A program made the translations under genes and the position numbers. This document shows, piece by piece, positions 32,243 to 42,575 of a stretch of 64,000 nt of DNA; the first letter of the stretch is position 1; each line of letters opens with the position of its first letter. The stretch is from the IMG/VR virus record IMGVR_UViG_3300016476_001169, positions 32,001 through 96,000 of that record. One strand, given 5' to 3'. The notes beneath the pieces are model-generated. The model saw nothing but the letters and a program-made list of their open reading frames with translations, was not told the DNA's origin and ran no database searches. This DNA is from a virus.

Positions 32243-32826
32243 ATATTTACAAACGTATAGCAAGGACTTTGAGATTAGCATCTGATTTAGATCGTGCTCA
32301 AAAACACCAAGCAGCTGATAAGATTGTCGAACATGCAATTAGAATTGCCCAGGACGCTCCAGAGTTTACTCCTGGTACAGAATTACAATCTGGACAGCAA
32401 TACAAAGTCCCAGCTGACGAATCAAATATGAATGTAATAAATCAAGTTGCAGAAACAGGCAAGCCTAACTATGCAACCGTTGGTGGAGAAAAAGTATTAA
32501 TTACACATGGCGACCCGTCAGGATTCTGGCTTTTACCAGATTCAGCAGCAGCCACATTCTTTAACAACAATCCAGATTTTAAAACCAACAATGTGCTATC
32601 CGATGTTGATCAAAATGCTGGAATTCAAGCAAATTTTGAACAAGGCAAAAATCGTCTATGGATAAATGCGCCTGGCATGCAAAAGTATGCTGGAGCCAAA
32701 TGGTTAGGATGTCATGATCTTATTAATGGCAAAGGCGCAGGTCAATATGGCGGAGCAAAAGGCGCCATCGAAGTAACAACTCAAACGGGGCCTGATGGCC
32801 AACAAATGTTCGTTAAATCTAAATAA
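32239..32826 (+). CDS. hypothetical protein with shared helical leader
   Basis: MNIYKRIARTLRLASDLDRAQKHQAADKIVEHAIRIAQ. Confidence 0.6.
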   Translation: MNIYKRIARTLRLASDLDRAQKHQAADKIVEHAIRIAQDAPEFTPGTELQSGQQYKVPADESNMNVINQVAETGKPNYATVGGEKVLITHGDPSGFWLLPDSAAATFFNNNPDFKTNNVLSDVDQNAGIQANFEQGKNRLWINAPGMQKYAGAKWLGCHDLINGKGAGQYGGAKGAIEVTTQTGPDGQQMFVKSK

Positions 32827-32916
32827 GTTTGTATTTTTAATGTAAATAATTATTAAAAAAATAAAAATGGTTGATTATTTCCGTTTTGCGTAATAAAATT
32901 CGTAAGGAAATTCGTA

Positions 32917-33384
32917 ATGAAACACCATTTTAAGTCAATATTAAAGTATTTTGTTGTAATTTCAATTATTTTATTTGTATTTTTCTCACCTTTTAAAATC
33001 ATTAAAGTCCAAGGTTCATCAATGTATCCTACTTATGTGAATAATCAACTATTATTGGCTATGAAAACTAAAAACTTCCATAAAAATGATGTTGTTGTCT
33101 GCAATGATGAGGGATACAACATTTTAAAGAGAATAAAATTTATAGAAGGCGAAACAGTTTATAGTTTTTACCAAGATACAGATTCTAATGTGAAAATTAT
33201 AAGCCCTGACGAATATAAAAATCTATTTAATCATCACTCTACAACAACTTTAGTTTCAAAAACAAAAGTTTTAAAAAACCAAGTTTATTTATTGGGTGAT
33301 AACTTAAATAACTCAGATGACTCCAGAAGATTTGGATGTGTAAACGTCACTAGCCTTAGATATAAAATTATTTATCCACTTTAA
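32917..33384 (+). CDS. lepB: signal peptidase I (S26)
   Basis: TM anchor, VQGSSMYPT (Ser), LKRI (Lys), GDNLNNSDDSR. Confidence 0.9.
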   Translation: MKHHFKSILKYFVVISIILFVFFSPFKIIKVQGSSMYPTYVNNQLLLAMKTKNFHKNDVVVCNDEGYNILKRIKFIEGETVYSFYQDTDSNVKIISPDEYKNLFNHHSTTTLVSKTKVLKNQVYLLGDNLNNSDDSRRFGCVNVTSLRYKIIYPL

Positions 33385-33385
33385 G

Positions 33386-34660
33386 GTGAGGAAAATCATA
33401 ATGGAAAAAAGAGAAAAAGAACAAAAAGATTTTGAAGCTTTACAACTTCCAGATGCTGGTATTTTTAATCCGGCTTTGCCCTTCGCAGAATTGGTTTACC
33501 ATGATGCTTTCGGACGTTTAAGAATTTCTGAAAACTTTACACTATTTGAAAGCCAATTTAGGTATAAAGATAATGGCAAATTTGATACTAGTACTGTTGG
33601 TGCAGGTTCTACATCACACGTAGTAAATGAAAGTTGCATCAATATGTCTGTAAATACAGCAGAAAATGACGAAGTGATAAGAGAATCTAAAAGAGTCTTT
33701 ACATATCAACCTGGGAAATCTCTTTTAATTATGCTGTCATTTGTTTTTTCAACTTTGCAGAACAATTTAAGACAAAGGGTTGGATATTTTAGTTCAACAA
33801 ATGGTATTTATTTTGAAGCTGATGGCACTACGCTATATTTAGTATTAAGAAGCTCAAATTTTTCTGAAAGAAGAATACCACAATCTCAATGGAATGGCCA
33901 TAAATTTGATGGCAGTACATTTTTCCCCAGATTATTAGATCCATCTAAGGGTAATATCTTTTGGGCAGACATTGAATGGCTTGGCGTTGGCGACGTCAGG
34001 TGTGGATTTGTTTTAGATGGCACGACAATTACAGCACATACTTTTCATAATGAAAATTTATTTTCAACAACATACATGACAACTGCTTGTTTGCCAATCA
34101 GATATGAAATAAAAAATACAGGAATAACAACATCTTCTAGTACCATGAAACAAATTTGTTCAACTGTAATTTCTGAGGCTGGCTATCAAAGTAGAGCAAT
34201 AACAAACTTTGATACAACAAGTATCCTAACTGCAAATTTAAAAGACACAGGTAGCCCTGGCACATTAACTCCAATTATTTCTATGAAATTAAGAAGTGAC
34301 AGGCTAGACGCTATTGTTTTACCAATGCAAATAGATCTTTTTTGCACTAGTAATGACATTTTAAAGTGGGTATTATTGTTAAATCCTACTTCTCTGTCTA
34401 CTACTAGCTTTTATAACTATAGCACTACCACAAGCAATGTAATGATTGATACTTCTGCTACTACTGTGTCTGGCGGCACTATAATAAATGGTGGATTCTT
34501 GCAACAAAAAGGAGCGGTATCACTTGATGGCGTAGAAGCTTTTAATCTTCAACTTGGCAGAACTATTGCAGGCACTAGTGATATAGTGACTCTCGCTGTT
34601 ATTTCTAACGGCACAAACTCCAAAGTTGGCGGCGGAATTGGATGGTATGAAATAATTTAA
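33386..34660 (+). CDS. putative virion structural protein (DAFGRLR family)
   Basis: DAFGRLRIS, YQPGKS, DIEWLGVG, LPIRYEI motifs familiar from aquatic-phage virion proteins; start may be ATG 33401. Confidence 0.6.
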   Translation: MRKIIMEKREKEQKDFEALQLPDAGIFNPALPFAELVYHDAFGRLRISENFTLFESQFRYKDNGKFDTSTVGAGSTSHVVNESCINMSVNTAENDEVIRESKRVFTYQPGKSLLIMLSFVFSTLQNNLRQRVGYFSSTNGIYFEADGTTLYLVLRSSNFSERRIPQSQWNGHKFDGSTFFPRLLDPSKGNIFWADIEWLGVGDVRCGFVLDGTTITAHTFHNENLFSTTYMTTACLPIRYEIKNTGITTSSSTMKQICSTVISEAGYQSRAITNFDTTSILTANLKDTGSPGTLTPIISMKLRSDRLDAIVLPMQIDLFCTSNDILKWVLLLNPTSLSTTSFYNYSTTTSNVMIDTSATTVSGGTIINGGFLQQKGAVSLDGVEAFNLQLGRTIAGTSDIVTLAVISNGTNSKVGGGIGWYEII

Positions 34661-34679
34661 AAACAGTATAATCTAAAAT

Positions 34680-35354
34680 ATGAATATTTTAGTAAAATTC
34701 CCAACAAGAGGTAGGCCTGATTTATTTTTTAATACACTTGATATTTATTATAAACAGGCCTCTAATTTTGGTAAAATGCATTTCTTGGTGAGCATTGATA
34801 ACAATGACCCACACATGAATACCGATAAGGTAATAGCAAAATTAACAACTTATGTGAATTTATCATTTCATTTAGGGGACAGTAAAAATAAAATAGATGC
34901 TGTAAATCGAGATATGAATTTCGCCCCCGATTATGATATCATTTTACTAGCCTCTGATGATATGATCCCGCAAGTTCATGGTTATGATGAAATAATCAGA
35001 AAAAACATGCAAGAATATTATCCTGATACAGATGGTATTCTTTTCTTTAATGATGGCTATCGAGGAAAAGATTTAAACACCTTGTGTATTTTAGGTAAGA
35101 AATATTACCAAAGATTTAATTACATTTACAATCCAGAATATCTATCTTTATTCGCAGACAATGAGTTTATGGATCTTGGATGGATGTTGAATAAACAAAC
35201 CTATTTTGATGATGTTATTATTAGACATGAACATCCAGAGCATGGATTCCACATGCAAAAAGATCGAATACATGAATTAAATGAAATCAATTTTGTAACT
35301 GATCTTGCAGTTTATCGCAAACGCAAAGCTAATAACTTTTATTATTACATTTAA
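34680..35354 (+). CDS. GT-A fold glycosyltransferase
   Basis: KFPTRGRP, ASDDMIP (DxD-like), FADNEF, IIRHEH. Confidence 0.75.
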   Translation: MNILVKFPTRGRPDLFFNTLDIYYKQASNFGKMHFLVSIDNNDPHMNTDKVIAKLTTYVNLSFHLGDSKNKIDAVNRDMNFAPDYDIILLASDDMIPQVHGYDEIIRKNMQEYYPDTDGILFFNDGYRGKDLNTLCILGKKYYQRFNYIYNPEYLSLFADNEFMDLGWMLNKQTYFDDVIIRHEHPEHGFHMQKDRIHELNEINFVTDLAVYRKRKANNFYYYI

Positions 35355-35355
35355 A

Positions 35356-35991
35356 ATGAAAAAGATTATCTCATTCTCAGTTTGGGGAGACAACCCTAAA
35401 TATACATTAGGCGCTGTTAGAAACGCAGAATTAACACCTGAAATTTATCCTGGATGGATTTCCAGATTTTATTTGGGAACTTCAGTGGATGCTGGCATTG
35501 TTAAAATACTGCAAAACTTGCCCAGTACAGAAATTGTTATCATGCCAGAAGCAGGTAACTGGACAGGAATGTTTTGGCGATTTTATCCAGCTTCAGAAGA
35601 TGATGTAGAGGTTATGGTTTCCAGAGACTCTGATTCAAGAATAGATGAAAGAGAAAAATTAGCTGTTGATCAATGGCTTGAATCTGGAAAATCATTACAC
35701 ATTATGAGAGACCACCCTGAGCATACAAGTTTGATTATGGGCGGTATGTGGGGAGTGAGAGGCGGAGTAATTAAAAATATTAGGGGCCTCATTGATGAAT
35801 ATCAAAAAGGAAATTTCTGGCAGGTTGACCAAAACTTTTTAAATGCTGTAATTTATCCACAATTAAAAGATGACGCTTTTGTTCATGATGAATACCAAAA
35901 TTACGAACAAATTAAACATAATTTCCCCAGCCAAAGGCATGGTAGAGATTTTGTCGGCCAAAGAGTCAGTGAATTCGAAGAAAGAGAATAA
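35356..35991 (+). CDS. putative glycosyltransferase
   Basis: MKKIISFSVWG, MFWRF, SRDSDSR (DxD), IMGGMWG, DQNFL; start placed at ATG 35356. Confidence 0.65.
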   Translation: MKKIISFSVWGDNPKYTLGAVRNAELTPEIYPGWISRFYLGTSVDAGIVKILQNLPSTEIVIMPEAGNWTGMFWRFYPASEDDVEVMVSRDSDSRIDEREKLAVDQWLESGKSLHIMRDHPEHTSLIMGGMWGVRGGVIKNIRGLIDEYQKGNFWQVDQNFLNAVIYPQLKDDAFVHDEYQNYEQIKHNFPSQRHGRDFVGQRVSEFEERE

Positions 35992-36605
35992 TGAAAATTT
36001 TAGCCTTGATTTTGCATGGTCAAAAATCCTCTCAAAGATTTGAAAATATCTCCAAAACATGGGGCCAAGAAATTGATTTTTTATTCTATTCTGACCACAA
36101 TTCATTTAAAACAATCAAAGTTACAGATAGAAACGATTACGCTTCAGCAGAACTAAAACAGATCAACATCATAAATGATTTACCAAAAGAATATTTAGAT
36201 TATGATTGGTATTTATTCTGCGATGATGATACTTTTATAAATACAAAACTCTTATTATCTACAATAGATTCATTTAGCCCAGAAGAGGTTACAGGACAAC
36301 TCATTCAATGCTGGCAACCAGATCCAACATTATGTTATTTATCTGGCGGAGCTGGCTTTTTAATGAGTAATAAAATACTAAAATCTATAAAGGGAAGAAT
36401 ACCAAATTATAATTCAGGTTACAGCGATGTAACAATGGGATTATTTTATAGAGAAAATAACATAAAAATTAAACATTCTGAATTGTTTATGTCGCAAAAT
36501 CCCGAATTCTATAATGTTAGTGATAATAACATTCCTAAATTCATAAGTTTTCATTACATAAAAGATTATGAAACTATGAGAAAAATGCATGAGATTTGCA
36601 AATGA
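35991..36605 (+). CDS. Fringe/GT31-like glycosyltransferase
   Basis: WYLFCDDDTF, LSGGAG, SDVTMG, ISFHY. Confidence 0.8.
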   Translation: MKILALILHGQKSSQRFENISKTWGQEIDFLFYSDHNSFKTIKVTDRNDYASAELKQINIINDLPKEYLDYDWYLFCDDDTFINTKLLLSTIDSFSPEEVTGQLIQCWQPDPTLCYLSGGAGFLMSNKILKSIKGRIPNYNSGYSDVTMGLFYRENNIKIKHSELFMSQNPEFYNVSDNNIPKFISFHYIKDYETMRKMHEICK

Positions 36606-37276
36606 AAATAATATTACATCATCTAGGCCTAGGTGATCACATTGTCTGCAATGGTTTGATTAGAAATTATTTAAAAGATAAAGAGAAACACTTACTTGTT
36701 GTTAAAAACAGAAACATTGAAAGTGTAAAATTTATGTTTTCTGATTTAAATAATTTAAACTATTTACAAGTAGATGACAATGTTAATATAAGACAATTTA
36801 TAAATAATACATTTTCAACCGACATTGTTAAAATTGGATTTCAAGAAAATGAAAGATTAACCAATCTTGGATACACCTGGGATGAAGCATTCTATCTGCA
36901 ATTGAATGTAGATTTTAATAAAAGATGGGATGATTTTTACATATCAAGAAAAATCAATGAAGAAAAAAGATTATTCAATAAATTAGTTAAAAAGGGCCCC
37001 TATGTTTTAATACACAATAGCGGCTCAGATCAAATAGACAGAATTGATTACACAAAAGTTGATCCAACATTGAATAAGGTTTTTGTAGTTAAATCGCACA
37101 CAATTTTTGACTACTGTACAATTATTGAACAAGCTGCAGAAATACATTGTATAGATTCTGCCTTTAAACACTTAGTTGACTCTTTAGATACAAAAGCAAA
37201 ATTATTTTATCATAAAAATTATAATTACCGCGATTCTTTGGAGCATAAATCTAAATTAGATTGGACCGTCGTATGA
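36596..37276 (+). CDS. putative glycosyltransferase (GT-B-like)
   Basis: HHLGLGDHIVCNG, EIHCIDSAF; lies in the glycosylation island. Confidence 0.55.
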   Translation: MQMKIILHHLGLGDHIVCNGLIRNYLKDKEKHLLVVKNRNIESVKFMFSDLNNLNYLQVDDNVNIRQFINNTFSTDIVKIGFQENERLTNLGYTWDEAFYLQLNVDFNKRWDDFYISRKINEEKRLFNKLVKKGPYVLIHNSGSDQIDRIDYTKVDPTLNKVFVVKSHTIFDYCTIIEQAAEIHCIDSAFKHLVDSLDTKAKLFYHKNYNYRDSLEHKSKLDWTVV

Positions 37277-37902
37277 AACTTGATCAAATATACATTTCAC
37301 ATTATGAGAAATTGACTGATAGAAAGGTGTATTTTGATAAAGTAATTTCTACAAATACTATTTTTAAAGGGGCCCAAGTTGTTGCTTCCAATGACGAAAT
37401 TGACAAGCAAGTTCTTTTAAACAATAGTTATGTAGATGATAGAACAGTTTGGCACGGTCTTAAAAACTCAGAAATTTGCATAGCTGAACAAATGTTCAAG
37501 ATTTATCGTTTGATTGCAAAATCTAATAACGATTTATGCTTAATCTTAGAAGACGATTTTGTATTAACTGAAAATTTTAATCATTATTTAAATGAATTTC
37601 TCAATAATTTGCCTAATGATTTTGATTGTATCTTTATGTCTTCTTGTTGCGATTTAAAACCAAAGCATAATAATGTTGTGAATAAGTATTTTTATGAAGA
37701 AGAAACATCCAGATGCACAACAGCTTATTTAATTAAAAAAGAAACTTGTGAAAAGATTTTATCAATAGCTAATTACACTGCGCCCATAGATTGGCACCTT
37801 AATTTTATTAAAGAAAAATTAGGTTTAAAATTTTATTGGACAGACCCCATCATTGTTCTTCAAGGCTCAGAAAAAGACATTTATAAATCCAACTTAAGAT
37901 AG
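37273..37902 (+). CDS. GT25-family glycosyltransferase
   Basis: LILEDD, TTAYLI, PIDW; start at ATG 37273. Confidence 0.8.
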   Translation: MKLDQIYISHYEKLTDRKVYFDKVISTNTIFKGAQVVASNDEIDKQVLLNNSYVDDRTVWHGLKNSEICIAEQMFKIYRLIAKSNNDLCLILEDDFVLTENFNHYLNEFLNNLPNDFDCIFMSSCCDLKPKHNNVVNKYFYEEETSRCTTAYLIKKETCEKILSIANYTAPIDWHLNFIKEKLGLKFYWTDPIIVLQGSEKDIYKSNLR

Positions 37903-37909
37903 GCAAAAA

Positions 37910-38704
37910 ATGAGAAATGTTCTAATAACTTTCATCCACGGGGATGATTATGTAAGACTTCCAGATTTAGAAGTTACTTTGAAATCATTACAAAAACTTA
38001 AGGGCTTTAAGAAGATTGTTCTGACCAGTGGTGTTAAAGAGGCTAATTCAGCCTATCTTGCACAATTTTTTGATGAAGTAACACCAGTAAAAAATCCCAA
38101 CATCACTCATTGTGTATCTGATAGATTTTTATCTTATTATTTATGGATTTGTGATAATCATGATAAGTATGACAATCTATTTCACATAGACTGCAGAGAT
38201 GTTTATTTTCAAAAAGATCCATTTGAATGGATGGCACAATTTCCAGAAAAGAACATTTTTATAACTACAGAAGGTTTTGTGCAAAGTTATTCATCCTGGA
38301 ACAGAAATGAACAAACAGTTTTGCAATCAACAATGAGAATAACTTATGACTTTATGAATAATTGGGTTTTAAATAGTGGTACCATTGGTGGAAAAACAGC
38401 AGTATTGTCTCAATTGTTTTTAAGCATTTGGAGTAATACAAATAGAAAAGATGCAAAAAATACAGATCAAGCTATTGTTAATTATTTTTATCCACAATTT
38501 GTCTCAGATCCCACAGTCATGATTACAGATGCTACTAAAGACAATTTCTGCTTAATCGGTGAAAGTGTGAACTGGGCAGATGTGAAATGTGAATGGAAAA
38601 ATGAAATGGCTCATGATTTAAATGGTAATCCTTACTGCATTTTTCATCAGTGGGATAGAACCTATTTAAAAGATACAATTATGCAGCTGATGAGTGGTAA
38701 ATAA
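37910..38704 (+). CDS. GT-A fold glycosyltransferase
   Basis: IDCRDVYFQKDPF, LNSGTIGG, DQAIVNY, HQWDR. Confidence 0.7.
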   Translation: MRNVLITFIHGDDYVRLPDLEVTLKSLQKLKGFKKIVLTSGVKEANSAYLAQFFDEVTPVKNPNITHCVSDRFLSYYLWICDNHDKYDNLFHIDCRDVYFQKDPFEWMAQFPEKNIFITTEGFVQSYSSWNRNEQTVLQSTMRITYDFMNNWVLNSGTIGGKTAVLSQLFLSIWSNTNRKDAKNTDQAIVNYFYPQFVSDPTVMITDATKDNFCLIGESVNWADVKCEWKNEMAHDLNGNPYCIFHQWDRTYLKDTIMQLMSGK

Positions 38705-38705
38705 A

Positions 38706-39374
38706 ATGAATAAAATAATCAACAATTTCTCTATCCAATATAATGATAATTTATCTTTCAATTTCAATGAAGGATGGGAGCCCCTTTTAGCTTTTTATCA
38801 AACATGTGAATTAGAAACCAAAAGATACTTTGCTTCCATTATTAAAGAAGACTGGAATGTAATTGATGTTGGTGCAAACATTGGTATGTTTTCAGCCTTG
38901 TTTGCACAGGTTACCAAAGGTGACATTTTCTTAATCGAAGCTGCAGAGATCAATATGAATATGTTAAAGAATAATCTTAAAGACTTTGGCAGCAACATTC
39001 ATTATTTAAAAGAATATCTTTCATCTCAAGTAGAAGAAAAAGAAGGTACAGTGCATTATTTGTGGACTGGGCATGGTTCACAACTGCGCGAAGAAGGCCT
39101 CTTTAATACTAATACTATTGATAATCTTTTCTTGGACTACGAAAGCAAAATCAATCTTATTAAAATTGATATTGATGGTTGGGATTTTCCTTGTTTAGTA
39201 GGGGCAAGAGAAACAATTAACAATCACAGGCCCATTGTTATGGTAGAAGTGATGGATGAAACATTGCAACTCACAGGAAATAAAACACAGGATGTATTTG
39301 ATTTCTTTGAATCTTTAAATTATAAAAATGTAGCTATCTTAGATAAAACCAATTACATTTTTGAAAGTAAATAA
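38706..39374 (+). CDS. FkbM-family methyltransferase
   Basis: IDVGANIG, TIDN, IKIDIDG, RPIVMVE. Confidence 0.85.
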   Translation: MNKIINNFSIQYNDNLSFNFNEGWEPLLAFYQTCELETKRYFASIIKEDWNVIDVGANIGMFSALFAQVTKGDIFLIEAAEINMNMLKNNLKDFGSNIHYLKEYLSSQVEEKEGTVHYLWTGHGSQLREEGLFNTNTIDNLFLDYESKINLIKIDIDGWDFPCLVGARETINNHRPIVMVEVMDETLQLTGNKTQDVFDFFESLNYKNVAILDKTNYIFESK

Positions 39375-39376
39375 TT

Positions 39377-39949
39377 ATGTTTGTAGTAACACCTTCATTA
39401 ACAGATAAATTCTTATTAGAAGAAATCCTATTGCTAAGAGATCAATACAATGTAAAGATTTTTGTAGAAACAGGAACACATGTTGGCGCCTCTGCTCTAA
39501 TTGCAGCAAAGCATTTTGAAAAAGTTATTACTTGCGAAAATCACCCCTGGTATTATGAAAAAGCAAAAGAAAACATTGAAAAAGAAGGGGCCCAAAATAT
39601 TGAATGTCACTTCGAATCCAGTGTTAGTCTTTTTGAGAAAATTTTCCCGCTCGAAGATAGAGCAATTGTATTCCTTGATGCACACGCAGACCACGACTTC
39701 CCACTATTAAGAGAATTAGAAAAAATCGCTGTTAGCAAAATTAAACCTGTTATTATTATTCATGATTTTTATGTACCCGATGAAAATAACAATCCTAAAT
39801 TCCAATACGATACATGGGAAGGCCATAGAATAGATCTTGATTTTATTCATGATAAATTAATTGAAATTTATGGTGAAGAAAAATTTGTTCATTATTATTT
39901 ACCAGAACAAGAAATCTCAGGCGTAATTTACATCACACCTTATGAATGA
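39377..39949 (+). CDS. class I SAM-dependent methyltransferase
   Basis: FVETGTHVG, FLDAH, IIIHD. Confidence 0.75.
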   Translation: MFVVTPSLTDKFLLEEILLLRDQYNVKIFVETGTHVGASALIAAKHFEKVITCENHPWYYEKAKENIEKEGAQNIECHFESSVSLFEKIFPLEDRAIVFLDAHADHDFPLLRELEKIAVSKIKPVIIIHDFYVPDENNNPKFQYDTWEGHRIDLDFIHDKLIEIYGEEKFVHYYLPEQEISGVIYITPYE

Positions 39950-40793
39950 TTTTATTCAGATTAATAAATTTGCAGAACTCAACGATGACAAATTTATTAT
40001 TTTTTGTAAAACAGATTATTTGAATGAAGCTTTTGAAAAAATTAAAAAGCTAGATAATGATGTTATTTTAATAACTGGAAATAGTGATTATGGGATTTAT
40101 AATAATGGCCCCTTTTTAACTATTAAAGATTTAAATAATAACTTATTATTAAAAACTCATTTAAATGATTTACCAAGAAATATCAAATTCTGGTTCGCAC
40201 AAAACAATCTGACAAATATAGATTTTATAATCGCACTGCCCATGGGCCTCGAGAATCATAAAGAATGCATAATACCTAACCACGGGAAAGGATGGAATCA
40301 TGCTATCGAGAAAATAAACATTCTTGAAAATAACATTGACAGGGGCCCATTTAAAAACATTTATCTTAATTGCAACATAGAAACTAATTACAACTATAGG
40401 AAACAAATAAAAGACTTCTGCAATCTTAATAACATAGATGTAGAAGAAAATCAATTAAATTACAAAGACTTCATAGAAAAAGCTCAACAATACAAGGCTA
40501 TAATTTGCCCCTCAGGCAACGGACTAGACACACACAGAATGTATGAAGTTTTAGCAATTAAAAGAATACCAATCCTTATTAAATGTGGTGAATACCCTAT
40601 TTATGAAAATTTATTTTCAAAACTACCTTGTGTAATTTTAGATAACATAAATGAGATTAATAATGATAAAATCTCAAATCTTATAGAAGATAAAATAAAG
40701 AATTTTGATGAGAGTATTTGTAGTTTTTCTTATTGGAGAAATTTTATTCTAGAAAAAAAGAATAGAATTGTACATAAAATACAAGAGGTGTAA
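39942..40793 (+). CDS. exostosin (GT47)-like glycosyltransferase
   Basis: ITGNSD, LPMGLEN, ICPSGNGLDTHRMYE. Confidence 0.7.
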   Translation: MNDFIQINKFAELNDDKFIIFCKTDYLNEAFEKIKKLDNDVILITGNSDYGIYNNGPFLTIKDLNNNLLLKTHLNDLPRNIKFWFAQNNLTNIDFIIALPMGLENHKECIIPNHGKGWNHAIEKINILENNIDRGPFKNIYLNCNIETNYNYRKQIKDFCNLNNIDVEENQLNYKDFIEKAQQYKAIICPSGNGLDTHRMYEVLAIKRIPILIKCGEYPIYENLFSKLPCVILDNINEINNDKISNLIEDKIKNFDESICSFSYWRNFILEKKNRIVHKIQEV

Positions 40794-40794
40794 A

Positions 40795-41820
40795 ATGAAA
40801 AAAGTACTTGTATTAGGTGGTGGCGGCTTTATTGGAGGCCATTTAGCTAAGAGATTAAAGAACGAAGGCAATTTTGTCAGAGTTGTTGATATCAAACCAC
40901 ATGAATACTTTAAACATGAAGACATTTGTGATGAATTTATAGTTGGAGATTTGAGAGACCCCAAATTAGTTAGTACAATTATGTGGGCCCCTAATCAACA
41001 TTCAGAAAATGATAAAGAATGCAGCTTTGATGAAGTTTATCAATTAGCAGCAGACATGGGTGGAGCTGGCTACATTTTTACAGGCAATAATGATGCTAAT
41101 GTTATGCACAACTCAGCTCTTATCAATTTAAATGTAGCATACGAAGCAACCAAAAAGAATGTAAAGAAGATCTTTTATTCCTCTTCTGCTTGTATGTATC
41201 CAGAACATAATCAACTTGACCCAGAAAACCCAAATTGCGAAGAATCTTCTGCTTACCCAGCCAATCCAGATTCTGAGTATGGATGGGAAAAACTATTCTC
41301 TGAGCGATTATTCTTGGCTTTTAATAGAAACTATCATCTTGATGTAAAAATCGCCAGATTCCATAACATTTTTGGACCTCAAGGCACTTACAAAGGTGGC
41401 AAAGAAAAAGCACCAGCTGCTATGCTTAGAAAAGCAATTGAAACACCTGAAGGTTCAGAAATTGAAGTTTGGGGCGATGGAAGTCAAACAAGATCATTCT
41501 TACATGTAGATGAATGTGTAGAAGCTGTTCTTAGACTAATGGATTCAGATTTTAAGGGGCCCGTTAATATTGGTTCAGAAGAAATGGTGACCATTAATCA
41601 ATTGGCTCAAATGGCTATCCAGTTATCAGGTAAAAACATTACAATCAAAAACATCTACGGGCAAGAATTTATTGACAAGTATGGATTCAAATGTCCAACA
41701 GGAGTCAAAGGTAGAAACTCTGATAATAGACTCTATAAAGAAAAGATTGGTTGGGAAGTATCTCAACCACTTATAGATGGGCTCAAAAATACATACGACT
41801 GGATGATTACACTTTATTAA
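40795..41820 (+). CDS. NAD-dependent epimerase, GDP-mannose 3,5-epimerase-like
   Basis: GGGGFIG, LAADMGGAG, SSSACMYP, YGWEK, EKAPAAM, GVKGRNSDN; ATG 40795 after GAGG. Confidence 0.88.
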   Translation: MKKVLVLGGGGFIGGHLAKRLKNEGNFVRVVDIKPHEYFKHEDICDEFIVGDLRDPKLVSTIMWAPNQHSENDKECSFDEVYQLAADMGGAGYIFTGNNDANVMHNSALINLNVAYEATKKNVKKIFYSSSACMYPEHNQLDPENPNCEESSAYPANPDSEYGWEKLFSERLFLAFNRNYHLDVKIARFHNIFGPQGTYKGGKEKAPAAMLRKAIETPEGSEIEVWGDGSQTRSFLHVDECVEAVLRLMDSDFKGPVNIGSEEMVTINQLAQMAIQLSGKNITIKNIYGQEFIDKYGFKCPTGVKGRNSDNRLYKEKIGWEVSQPLIDGLKNTYDWMITLY

Positions 41821-41944
41821 TCACCAATTAATCGAAGAAAATCGCTCTAAATAAATAGATAAAGAGCGATTTTCTTTTTTCAAAAACTCAATAGAATTAT
41901 TTAATTTTTTAAATTTATAAAATAAAAATAAATTGACCAATAAA

Positions 41945-42505
41945 CTAGCCACTAGCAGACTTTGTACGCAAATCATTTAACTTCCTCTTAGCAAGAGCAT
42001 CATCAGGGAATTTATTTAAGCATTTTTCTAAAGTTTCAATAGCACTCTTAAAATCACTTTTAGCAACGTAAGCTTCTGCCAAAGAATGATAAGTTGGGCT
42101 AGTGCAGTCAGGGCGCTTGATAGCTTCTGCTAAAAATGGCAAAGCAGAAATGTAATCTTTGTGACTGTAAATAAAAAAGCGGCCAACCTCATCCCACATA
42201 AAAAAGGTTTCTTCATTCGCCCGTAAACCTTGCATTAAAAGCCTAAATGCCTTATCTTTAAACTCTGCGCCCCTCTTTTTATCATCTACACCTAAAGACC
42301 AATAATAATAACCTAAATCTGACCAAGTATTTACATCTTTTGGATTGTACTTAACCTTTTGCTGGAGATGATACAACATCTCTGGATAATTACCCTTATG
42401 AAAATAGTAATCAGATTTAACATGATGATACTGATAGGCTTTATCCTCATCTTTAACTTGATGTAAACTCATTATTGATAAAATAAAAAGGGGCAAAACA
42501 TTCAT
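41945..42505 (-). CDS. TPR-repeat protein with hydrophobic N-terminus
   Basis: NPKDVNTWSDLG, YHSLAEAY...A...LEKCL..FPDD TPR patterns. Confidence 0.75.
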   Translation of the reverse strand: MNVLPLFILSIMSLHQVKDEDKAYQYHHVKSDYYFHKGNYPEMLYHLQQKVKYNPKDVNTWSDLGYYYWSLGVDDKKRGAEFKDKAFRLLMQGLRANEETFFMWDEVGRFFIYSHKDYISALPFLAEAIKRPDCTSPTYHSLAEAYVAKSDFKSAIETLEKCLNKFPDDALAKRKLNDLRTKSASG

Positions 42506-42575
42506 AATCTAAATTCCTTAACAACTGCGTTTATTAAGTGGTATAATTACATTATAAAGTTGATGAGATAAAACT

